Origin: an uncultured bacterium
GTDB lineage: Bacteria > JAJVIF01 > JAPKYR01
Length of the DNA: 64,000 nucleotides
Assembly: GCA_965369865.1 (NCBI GenBank)
Contig: CBDURU010000001.1
Span: forward strand, 48,406 to 112,405
Direction: 5' to 3'
Made by a program: the position numbers and the translations under genes. Of the stretch, positions 56,791 through 64,000 are shown piece after piece; the first letter of the stretch is position 1; the number at the start of each line of letters is the position of its first letter. The notes under the pieces are model-generated. The model had not been told where the DNA came from. It ran no database searches and worked only from the letters and a program-made list of their open reading frames with translations.

Positions 56791-57035
56791 CCTACCGATT
56801 AACAAAATTTATATCCGTATAACATCACGGCAGTGCGTCTCAACGAGACTCCCGATGAATCATGGATTGAAACGCGCGATAAAAATATCGTCAAGTCCGG
56901 CCGAGGTCAGCAATGTCTCGTTGGATTCGTAAAGCCCGAATATGGCTGATTCATTGAAATAGCCTGCCACAACCATCGAATCGTCCGACAGTACTTCGAT
57001 CCCGAATCCTTCATCCCTATAGGAACCGCCTGCGC
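56768..57035. repeat. Direct repeat, copy 2 (functional gene end plus terminator)
   Basis: It has the same sequence as copy 1 with a few substitutions, including synonymous changes in the last codons (CCA/CCG Pro, AAT/AAC Asn). Confidence 0.85.
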
Positions 57036-59304
57036 TTTTCGTCCAGACAAGTGTTCCGTTGATACTGTACCGCGAAATTAAAATATCGCCCTGCCCAGGG
57101 TCCGTCATCCAGTACCTGCCTGTCAGAACAGTAGAGTCGTCCGACAACGTTTTGATTTCAAAGCCATAATCGCTGCTGCTCCCACCCGTACGTTTCGCCC
57201 ATACGAGCGTTCCGTCCATGTTGAAGCGTGCGATGAAAATATCGACACCCCCCGCGGAAAAAAGCACCGTGTAGTTGGTTTCACCCTTCCCGAATGTGAC
57301 TGATCCGGTGAACTCACCTGTCACAACAACCGAATTGTCCGAAAGCGCTGTGATTCCATTACCCATAACATAACAGCCCGGGCTGCCCTGGCCGCATTTC
57401 ACCCATGCGAGTGTTCCGTCCGCGTTGTACCGAGCGATAAAAACGTCAGTGTCGGCATCGGTCGTCGGGAGCACAGTCTCATTTGTTTCACCCTCCCCGA
57501 AAATAGCCGGGCCGAAATAATGACCTGTCACTACTGTCGAGTCGTCGGAAAGCACAGTGACTTCGCGCCCCCTGTCAGCGCTGCTACCGCCGCCGCGTTT
57601 CGCCCATGCGAGCGTTCCGTCCGGATTATACCTTGCGACGAAAGCATCAGTGTTGCCCGCGGAAGTGATAACAGTCTGATTGGGTTCACCCTGCCCGAAT
57701 GTTGCTGATTCCCTGAAGGTGCCTGTCACCACTATTGAATCATCCGATAACGTGATGATTCCAAAACCACCATCGTTATCGGACCCACCGGCGCTTGTCA
57801 CCCATGCGAGTGTTCCACCCGGATTGAAACGAGCGATGTAAACGTCACCTCGTCCGACCGGTGTGAGTGAAGTCTGATTGGGTTCCCCCTGGCCGAAAAT
57901 AGTAGGAGTGGAATAGAACCAGCCTGTTGCTACAGTCGAGTTGTCCGACAGGGCTGTGATTCCCCAGCCGTAATCGGTGATGCTCCCACCGGCACGTTTC
58001 GCCCAGGCGAGAGTTCCATCCGGATTGTAACGCGCGAAGAAAACATCCCTGTGACCGGCGGACGTGAGCACAGTCTGATTGGGTTCGCCCTTCCCAAATA
58101 TACTCGAGGTCCTGATGTGGCCGGTTATAACAACGGAATCATCCGAAAGTGAAGTGATGGCTGTAGCCTTGTCGAGATCGCTCCCACCGCCACTTTTCGC
58201 CCATATTAGATTGCCCTCAGTCGATGTAAATAACACCTGCCAGGCATCGATCTGACCTGAGAATTCATCGACACCCGTGTCGACAACACGTAAGAGGATC
58301 GGGGAGTCGTTAATAGTGCCGCCTGAATCATTAAAAATCGTTCCCGTATATTCTGCATAGTTTTCCCCTGCAACCGACTGGGTTAATTCAACAACTCCGT
58401 CGAACAGGCCGGGCGCTTCAACCGAGACATTGTTAACAGTTGAAATCCCCTGGTGATCGTACACTGTAACCTGGATCGGTTCGGAGCCGCCGGAATCGGG
58501 CCATGAGTCCATCCTGGCAAAAACCTGGCATGCTTCCAGGCAATTTGATTCCATAGGGAAGTCGTTCACCGGGTCGTCCCACGTGTCAATTTCCATCCAG
58601 GATGCATCTACCGCATATCCGAATTTCAACGGTCCGGCAGGGACATTCAACCTGGCACGTCGATGGTCTTCTTCTCCTGAACTTATCATACATCGCGGAT
58701 TTTGCTTTCCAAAAGCAAGGAACGGGTTCAGGGTTGCAGAAAAATCGTCGCCAAACGATGCGATTCCCGGGAAATAAGTAATTATTGGTGTCGCTTCGTT
58801 GTAGGGAAAATCCGTTGGATTGAAAAGGGTTGTGTATCCCGATGGATTCATAATCCTGGGATTGGTTCCATCGAAGGAGATTTTCTTTCCGCTGACAGGG
58901 AACGTGTAATCGGCATCGGTGATGAAAATAAAGCGCATGTCGAAAATCGTATACTGGGGAAGGTTTGGTAGTGGGTGTTTGAGCTTGATGTCACAAGAGA
59001 AGTTGCTTGCGTCGTAGATTTCAAAATCACTGAACCACAAGCAGTCGGGGCATTGTTCGATGAAGGGCAGGATGTTGAGATGCATCGCGACATCCCGGTT
59101 CGGTATTACTTCCACCGTCTGGCGATCGGCGGAAATATACACATCGCCAATGTTAAGGAACAGCCGATTGGTTTGGACAGAGACACTTACATCAGGGGGA
59201 TTTTCATCTGCCGGGGGTAAGGCAGGTGTTCCCCCTCCGGACGAGCAACCGATTAAAACAAGTAACGTTAAAACTGTAAAGCTGATTGGGATTCGGGTTC
59301 TCAT
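56860..59304 (-). CDS. Lipoprotein: conserved N-terminal domain (second subfamily) plus ~8 SBBP beta-propeller repeats
   Basis: It has the lipobox LVLIGCSSG. It is a close paralog of 39152..41659 (VEVIPNRD.AMHLNILPFIE.CPDC.WFSDF, EEDHRRARL, KFGYAVDA.WMEIDTWDDPVNDFP). Confidence 0.85.
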   Translation of the reverse strand: MRTRIPISFTVLTLLVLIGCSSGGGTPALPPADENPPDVSVSVQTNRLFLNIGDVYISADRQTVEVIPNRDVAMHLNILPFIEQCPDCLWFSDFEIYDASNFSCDIKLKHPLPNLPQYTIFDMRFIFITDADYTFPVSGKKISFDGTNPRIMNPSGYTTLFNPTDFPYNEATPIITYFPGIASFGDDFSATLNPFLAFGKQNPRCMISSGEEDHRRARLNVPAGPLKFGYAVDASWMEIDTWDDPVNDFPMESNCLEACQVFARMDSWPDSGGSEPIQVTVYDHQGISTVNNVSVEAPGLFDGVVELTQSVAGENYAEYTGTIFNDSGGTINDSPILLRVVDTGVDEFSGQIDAWQVLFTSTEGNLIWAKSGGGSDLDKATAITSLSDDSVVITGHIRTSSIFGKGEPNQTVLTSAGHRDVFFARYNPDGTLAWAKRAGGSITDYGWGITALSDNSTVATGWFYSTPTIFGQGEPNQTSLTPVGRGDVYIARFNPGGTLAWVTSAGGSDNDGGFGIITLSDDSIVVTGTFRESATFGQGEPNQTVITSAGNTDAFVARYNPDGTLAWAKRGGGSSADRGREVTVLSDDSTVVTGHYFGPAIFGEGETNETVLPTTDADTDVFIARYNADGTLAWVKCGQGSPGCYVMGNGITALSDNSVVVTGEFTGSVTFGKGETNYTVLFSAGGVDIFIARFNMDGTLVWAKRTGGSSSDYGFEIKTLSDDSTVLTGRYWMTDPGQGDILISRYSINGTLVWTKSAGGSYRDEGFGIEVLSDDSMVVAGYFNESAIFGLYESNETLLTSAGLDDIFIARFNP

Positions 59305-59545
59305 TCTGAGGACCTCCCATGAAGTGGTATGAAATAATATTCACCTTAAAATTGCATTCATAAATCAGGATTTTTACACACCTTCAATATAAGCTACAGG
59401 TTTTCCTTCGTCAATACCGATTTAAGTGTTAATATGGTTGATTTAACCCCCTCCGATAAGTACCATTCTGACCTTATCAGCTCCCGTTCAGGGGTGCGCA
59501 ATTTTTTGATATCCAGACCGGGTTACCGCATCGGATTTTTTTCAC

Positions 59546-61870
59546 ATGGCAAACCATAACAATATAGCCAGAAAACCGGGAATTGCTAAAAGCACTCTGG
59601 TTCTCGGTATTATTGTTGGGTTAATCGTTGTGGCTGCCAGTCTGTTTATCATCGGTTGTCACTTGATATGGCCAGGGATCGGGGTAGACGGGTTCTTCCA
59701 GTGGGTACTCGAAGCCTGCCTTACAGCCCGGTACAACCGTATCGTGGCAGGGCAACCGGTCTGGCCCTGGACTTTTTGGATATTCTTTTATGGATTCCTT
59801 GCGCTCCTGGTCTTTGTCCTTTTAATCGTCCTATACCTTACACTGGGTGAGCGGAAACTTATCGGTTGGTTTCAGATCAGGCAGGGACCGAATCGTGTCG
59901 GGCCATGGGGACTCCTGCAGCCGTTTGCCGACATGGTCAAGCTTCTCATCAAGGAAGATATCGTTCCGTACAAAGCCGACCATGCGCTTCATCTCCTTGC
60001 ACCGCTAATAATTTTCGTCCCGACACTGCTCGCGTTTGTCGCGATCCCATTTGCGTCGGGAACGGTTGAACTCAGGCAGGAAATTGTCTCGCCTACATTC
60101 GACAGTATGCTTGTCGAGTGGATCGGTGCGGAGGATTTCGAAGCACGCGGGTTCGATTCAATCGGGTTCGTTGAAGCTTCGGTCATGATCGAAGAGGAAC
60201 AGGGCAACCATAAGATATGGTGGGTCGACCGTGAACTGGATCACGAGCCGGTGTTCATTCCTACCGACGAGTATGGAATGGATCCAGACAACCGCTTCAG
60301 GAATGCGAGTCCGATCAGGCTCTTTGTTAAACCTGAAACCCCTGGACAAGGCGAACCCGAGGAAAGGACTTACTGGACAATTTACGACTATGAAACGAGC
60401 GGCAGGGCCTACGATATTCTTGAGATGGACTGGGGCGGATCGGGCGACCATGACAGGATCATAGAAATCGGTTTGCAGGGTGGTTTAATCGATAGCGTTG
60501 AAAAGGAAATGGTCAGGATCCTGGAAACAACAGGTCCCGACATACCAACGGACGAGCAATATGACTTCGCCGGTATTCCTCCCAAGCGATATTTTGAAAA
60601 CCTGTGGGGGAATTATGGTGACGCGATCGGGATCAACAGCCGTTCATTCGATGCAGCCAGCATGGTCCCGGCATTTGCGCGGCCCAGTGGAGTTGGAGCT
60701 GTGTCCCGGGATGTGTATACCCCGGACTGGGAATACTCCTGCTGGATGCATCGCAACGTCGATCTTGATGAAGGGAAAGCAAGCCTGATTTTCGCGGCCG
60801 AAGAATTCGATATTGAAAACGATGACTGGTCCACGGCAGAGGGCGCTGTAAGTATCCAGCGAATTCCCGGCGGCGGCTATAAGGTTATGACATCGGGTGG
60901 GAATTCAGCGACCCTTTCCATTGCTGGAGATAAAATCGATGTACTGATCGGCGATGAACCTGTCACTCTAAAATTAAAGGACAGCCAGCTCTACACCGTT
61001 TACGTGATGGGTAAAGACCTTGGGGTTGGGATTGTCTACATCCTGGCTGTGACCTCGATCGCCGTACTCGGCATATTCATGGCGGGATTCGGCTCGAATA
61101 ACAAGTGGAGCATGTACGGCGCGATACGGTCGGCCGCCCAGATGATTTCATATGAGATCCCGATGGTGCTCGCGATACTCGGTCCGGTTCTCATGACCGG
61201 AAGCCTTTCGACTGTAGCCCTGGTCGAAAGCCAGAGAAATACATGGTTCGTCATCCCGCAGTTTCTTGCATTCTTTGTTTTCCTGGTGGCAATGACAAGC
61301 GAAGTCAACCGTGCTCCATTCGATCTTCCCGAAGCCGAATCGGAACTCGTGGCGGGATTCCATACCGAGTATTCCGGGCTTAAATTCGGTTTCTTCTTCC
61401 TTGCTGAATACGCGAACATGTTCCTCGCCGCCACAATAATGACCGTACTGTTTTTCGGTGGATGGAAGGGGCCGTTCGAGATACCGTTTATCGGTGAATT
61501 CGCATCGAGCTTTATCTGGTTTACTATGAAAAGTGTTTTCTGGCTTGCGGTATTCATCTGGTTCAGGGCGACTTTCCCGAGGTTCCGGATCGACCACATG
61601 ATGGATTACGCCTGGAAGGTCCTCCTTCCCATTGCAATGGTAAATGTCATTATCACCGCTTACTTCACGTTCTCAGACTGGAATTTCATGATCTGGAAGG
61701 AAAATAACTGGAGGATTTATGATTCGTACATCCTGCCGTTATTTGTCAATACTTATACTAACCTGTACGCAATTCCGATTATCGTAATCGTCCTGGGCCT
61801 CCTGATATGGGATACCTGGGGTCGGTACAATGATTTGAAGAGGGAAGCGTTAAAGAAGAAATCCGATTAG
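59546..61870 (+). CDS. nuoH: NADH-quinone oxidoreductase subunit H with a ~315-aa insertion and N- and C-terminal extensions
   Basis: The canonical motifs are LGERKLIGWFQIRQGPNRVGPWGLLQPFADMVKLL and, after the insertion, GSNNKWSMYGAIRSAAQMISYEIP, EVNRAPFDLPEAESELVAGFHTEYSG and RATFPRFR. It is 774 aa versus the ~330-370 aa typical of NuoH. Confidence 0.9.
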   Translation: MANHNNIARKPGIAKSTLVLGIIVGLIVVAASLFIIGCHLIWPGIGVDGFFQWVLEACLTARYNRIVAGQPVWPWTFWIFFYGFLALLVFVLLIVLYLTLGERKLIGWFQIRQGPNRVGPWGLLQPFADMVKLLIKEDIVPYKADHALHLLAPLIIFVPTLLAFVAIPFASGTVELRQEIVSPTFDSMLVEWIGAEDFEARGFDSIGFVEASVMIEEEQGNHKIWWVDRELDHEPVFIPTDEYGMDPDNRFRNASPIRLFVKPETPGQGEPEERTYWTIYDYETSGRAYDILEMDWGGSGDHDRIIEIGLQGGLIDSVEKEMVRILETTGPDIPTDEQYDFAGIPPKRYFENLWGNYGDAIGINSRSFDAASMVPAFARPSGVGAVSRDVYTPDWEYSCWMHRNVDLDEGKASLIFAAEEFDIENDDWSTAEGAVSIQRIPGGGYKVMTSGGNSATLSIAGDKIDVLIGDEPVTLKLKDSQLYTVYVMGKDLGVGIVYILAVTSIAVLGIFMAGFGSNNKWSMYGAIRSAAQMISYEIPMVLAILGPVLMTGSLSTVALVESQRNTWFVIPQFLAFFVFLVAMTSEVNRAPFDLPEAESELVAGFHTEYSGLKFGFFFLAEYANMFLAATIMTVLFFGGWKGPFEIPFIGEFASSFIWFTMKSVFWLAVFIWFRATFPRFRIDHMMDYAWKVLLPIAMVNVIITAYFTFSDWNFMIWKENNWRIYDSYILPLFVNTYTNLYAIPIIVIVLGLLIWDTWGRYNDLKREALKKKSD

Positions 61871-61907
61871 TGCTGGAAAATGTCCTGCCTGATTTGATAT
61901 AGAAATA

Positions 61908-62519
61908 ATGCCGACAAATAAACCGAATGAATCGTTTGCCAGGTGGATTTCCAAAGTTGCGATGCCGCTCTGGGGAATTCGTGCCGGCCTGTATATTACC
62001 GCCCAGCACCTGTTCCGTAAGAAAATTACGGTCCAGTATCCCGAGCAGCGTCTGGAGATAGATCCATCATACCGCGCGAAGATTTCTCTTCTGATTGAGC
62101 CGGGCAGTCACGCCGATATCTGCATAAGCTGTAAACAGTGTGAAAATATCTGCCCGGTTGGTTGCATAACGATCATTCCGAAAGTCGACGAGAATAAAAA
62201 ACGCCATGTCGGCACTTTCGATATCGATTTGTCAAGATGCCTTTTCTGTGGAATGTGCGAGGAAATTTGTCCTGAAAATTGCATCGTTCTCGACGAAGTG
62301 TTTGATTATTCTTCATACTCCCGCGACGGGCTGTATCTCACAGTCAGTGGGCTGACGCGGGATGCATCCGAGGATGAATGGCGTGCGATGGTCGAGGTGA
62401 AGGAAGCCAAGAAACGGGAAGCCGAAGCGAAGAAAAGGGCACGAGAAGAAGCTAAGAAAAAGCAGGAAGAAGAAGATGCGAGGAATAAAACTGAAGAAGG
62501 AGAGCAGAGTACAGAGTAA
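61908..62519 (+). CDS. nuoI: NADH-quinone oxidoreductase subunit I (2x[4Fe-4S]) with a Lys/Glu-rich C-terminal tail
   Basis: It has CISCKQCENICP and CLFCGMCEEICP, and the tail EAKKREAEAKKRAREEAKKKQEEEDARNK. Confidence 0.9.
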   Translation: MPTNKPNESFARWISKVAMPLWGIRAGLYITAQHLFRKKITVQYPEQRLEIDPSYRAKISLLIEPGSHADICISCKQCENICPVGCITIIPKVDENKKRHVGTFDIDLSRCLFCGMCEEICPENCIVLDEVFDYSSYSRDGLYLTVSGLTRDASEDEWRAMVEVKEAKKREAEAKKRAREEAKKKQEEEDARNKTEEGEQSTE

Positions 62520-63190
62520 TGGGCACAGGCGCAGAACAACCTGATGTTTGGACGTACTTTAAGTGGCTATGGCTTAACGGTTTCGGTCTGGCGCAGCCGC
62601 ACTGGTGGTTTTTCATCCTCTCGTTCGTGATTATCGCAAGCGGTATCGGGACAGTAATCGCGAGAAACCTCCTTCATGCTGCGATGTTCCTCGCACTATG
62701 CTGCATCGGAATTGCAGGAATTTTTATTCTCCTGAATGCTGAATTCCTCGCTGCAGTCCAGGTTCTTGTATACGTGGGCGGCATCGTTACCTTGATTATT
62801 TTCGCGATCATGTTGTCGGAAAGCATCACCGGCAAAAAAGCGGTTACACATAATAAGCAAAGTATTACAGCGCTGGGTATATCGATCATGATGGGAATTG
62901 TCATGATCGTCATTCTTTTTTACAACCAGGACGGATATTTTGTCGGACTTGAACGGTGGGCGCTAACGGCGGACCGAAACCCGTTTCCAAATGTCAGTAA
63001 CGCCCAGATGATCGGCCGCAGCCTGATGTCCACCTACACCCTCATATTCTGGATCGCGAGCATCATCCTGACGATCGCGATGATCGGCGCCCTGATCCTC
63101 GCGAAAGCTGAGGATGAGACCGATATAGCGGAACTTGATAAAAATTTTGATTCAGTGGAAGAATCCAGTGGACTGGAGGTAAACGAATGA
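62519..63190 (+). CDS. nuoJ: NADH-quinone oxidoreductase subunit J
   Basis: It sits between nuoI and nuoK. It has 5 TM segments and the motif FLAAVQVLVYVGGIVTLIIF. Confidence 0.8.
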   Translation: MGTGAEQPDVWTYFKWLWLNGFGLAQPHWWFFILSFVIIASGIGTVIARNLLHAAMFLALCCIGIAGIFILLNAEFLAAVQVLVYVGGIVTLIIFAIMLSESITGKKAVTHNKQSITALGISIMMGIVMIVILFYNQDGYFVGLERWALTADRNPFPNVSNAQMIGRSLMSTYTLIFWIASIILTIAMIGALILAKAEDETDIAELDKNFDSVEESSGLEVNE

Positions 63191-63546
63191 GCCCCGCAGA
63201 TCCTCCGATTCATTTCTATATTTACCTTGCCACTATTCTATTTGTAATCGGGATTTTCGGGTGCCTGGCAAGACGCAACGCGATCGCGATCCTTATGTCT
63301 CTCGAGCTTATGTTCAACGCGTGCAATATCGTGCTTGTCGCGTTCTGCCAGAGACATGGGGTTACGTATACGTTGCAGGCTTTTTCAAGGGCACAGGATA
63401 TCGAGAGCCCTGTGGGTCAGATTTATGCAATTTTCGTAATCATTATCGCTGCCGCGGAAGCGGCTGTGGGACTTGCGCTTGCGATAGCGGCATACAGGCA
63501 TTACAAGTCGATTAATATGGATAATATAAATCTGCTGAAGTGGTGA
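63187..63546 (+). CDS. nuoK: NADH-quinone oxidoreductase subunit K
   Basis: It has RRNAIAILMSLELMFNA..N and IIIAAAEAAVGLALAIA. It overlaps nuoJ by 4 nt. It is 119 aa, with a ~15-aa longer TM2-TM3 loop than usual. Confidence 0.85.
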   Translation: MSPADPPIHFYIYLATILFVIGIFGCLARRNAIAILMSLELMFNACNIVLVAFCQRHGVTYTLQAFSRAQDIESPVGQIYAIFVIIIAAAEAAVGLALAIAAYRHYKSINMDNINLLKW

Positions 63547-63631
63547 TAGAGCGGAATATTAAAGATTGTTGGTCGGTTACAGGCAATATCGAAGCCAGTC
63601 CCCATTTTTCTGACCGGCAGACAATAACGAA

Positions 63632-64000
63632 ATGTTCAATGCACTGTTAACAAATCCGGAAACTCTCGCGCACTGGATCATCATCCTGCCTTTCATGAGT
63701 TTCGTGTTTATCGTCCTGAAACTAACTGTAAACATTGACAGGACGTTTAATAAACCGAAGGCTCTACCAAAAGAACCGGTTGTTGGGAAACTTCCGCGTC
63801 GTGGCTGGACCAGCTTCCTGCCGGGAATATTCCTGGTACTTATCGCGTTCGTCTTGCTTGCATATAAAACAGGAAACCTAAGTTTAGCAGTGGTTCCTGA
63901 TACTTTGAGCAACCCACTCAATACACTTGCGGATTCCCTTTTTGAACTACGCCACTGGCTCATTTTCGGAATTCCTGTCCTGTATATTATCGCTTTCCCG
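63632..64000 (+). CDS. Partial ORF (3' end outside the window); membrane protein, possibly the N-terminus of NuoL by position
   Basis: The ATG at 63632 opens a frame that I read to the window end with no stop. It has two hydrophobic segments (HWIIILPFMSFVFIVL, FLPGIFLVLIAFVLLAY). It is not in the ORF track because it has no stop. The NuoL assignment rests on gene order only. Confidence 0.4.
   Translation, partial: MFNALLTNPETLAHWIIILPFMSFVFIVLKLTVNIDRTFNKPKALPKEPVVGKLPRRGWTSFLPGIFLVLIAFVLLAYKTGNLSLAVVPDTLSNPLNTLADSLFELRHWLIFGIPVLYIIAFP

Noticed and set aside
60059-61009. The NuoH insertion, considered as an intein or a mobile intron
   Set aside because: There is no Cys/Ser/Thr at the insertion start and no His-Asn plus Cys/Ser/Thr at its end. 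I recognise no endonuclease motifs. The reading frame is continuous, so it is not an intron.
61036-61599. Antisense ORFs of 187 aa and 149 aa inside nuoH, and 63577..63963 (-) opposite the partial ORF after nuoK
   Set aside because: They lie opposite conserved NuoH motifs or the expected operon continuation. They have no start context and no recognisable motifs.

Overview
This is a bacterial contig. The evidence is a bacterial-type tRNA-Gln(UUG) with a U1:A72 pair, lipobox lipoproteins, MEP-pathway ispE and nuoHIJK. It probably comes from an uncultivated lineage, and I cannot place it taxonomically from sequence alone. The left third (1-22 kb) is mostly metabolic. It holds a giant FG-GAP/transglutaminase protein, a split eukaryote-like saccharopine pathway (LKR + SDH), AcnX-type dehydratase subunits and an S15/CocE hydrolase. 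It also holds a group-3b-like [NiFe] hydrogenase operon whose HydB-like subunit is fused to, and followed by, cyclic-nucleotide-binding domains. From the tRNA-Gln at 22.6 kb to 59.3 kb the window looks accessory. It carries five lipoproteins plus one membrane-anchored member of an expanded SBBP beta-propeller-repeat family, a clan-CD-like peptidase lipoprotein and an O-antigen-ligase/TPR fusion. It also carries a strongly AT-rich single-gene island encoding a TIR-NB-ARC-TPR STAND NTPase, a candidate antiphage sensor. The most unusual part is an ~11-kb tandem array (41.8-53.0 kb) of a two-gene module. Gene A is an uncharacterised protein with a conserved His...Cys caspase-fold-like dyad (3 copies plus 1 relic). 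Gene B is an exported YVTN-like beta-propeller (4 copies). The first A copy is complete. Later copies are progressively 5'-truncated yet keep a block shared with copy 1: 316 nt with no mismatch I can find in A2, and about 95 percent identical in A3. This is the layout of a polymorphic effector locus with orphan cassettes. The window ends with nuoH (carrying a ~315-aa insertion), nuoI, nuoJ, nuoK and a partial downstream ORF. All family assignments come from motif recognition by eye; no searches were run.
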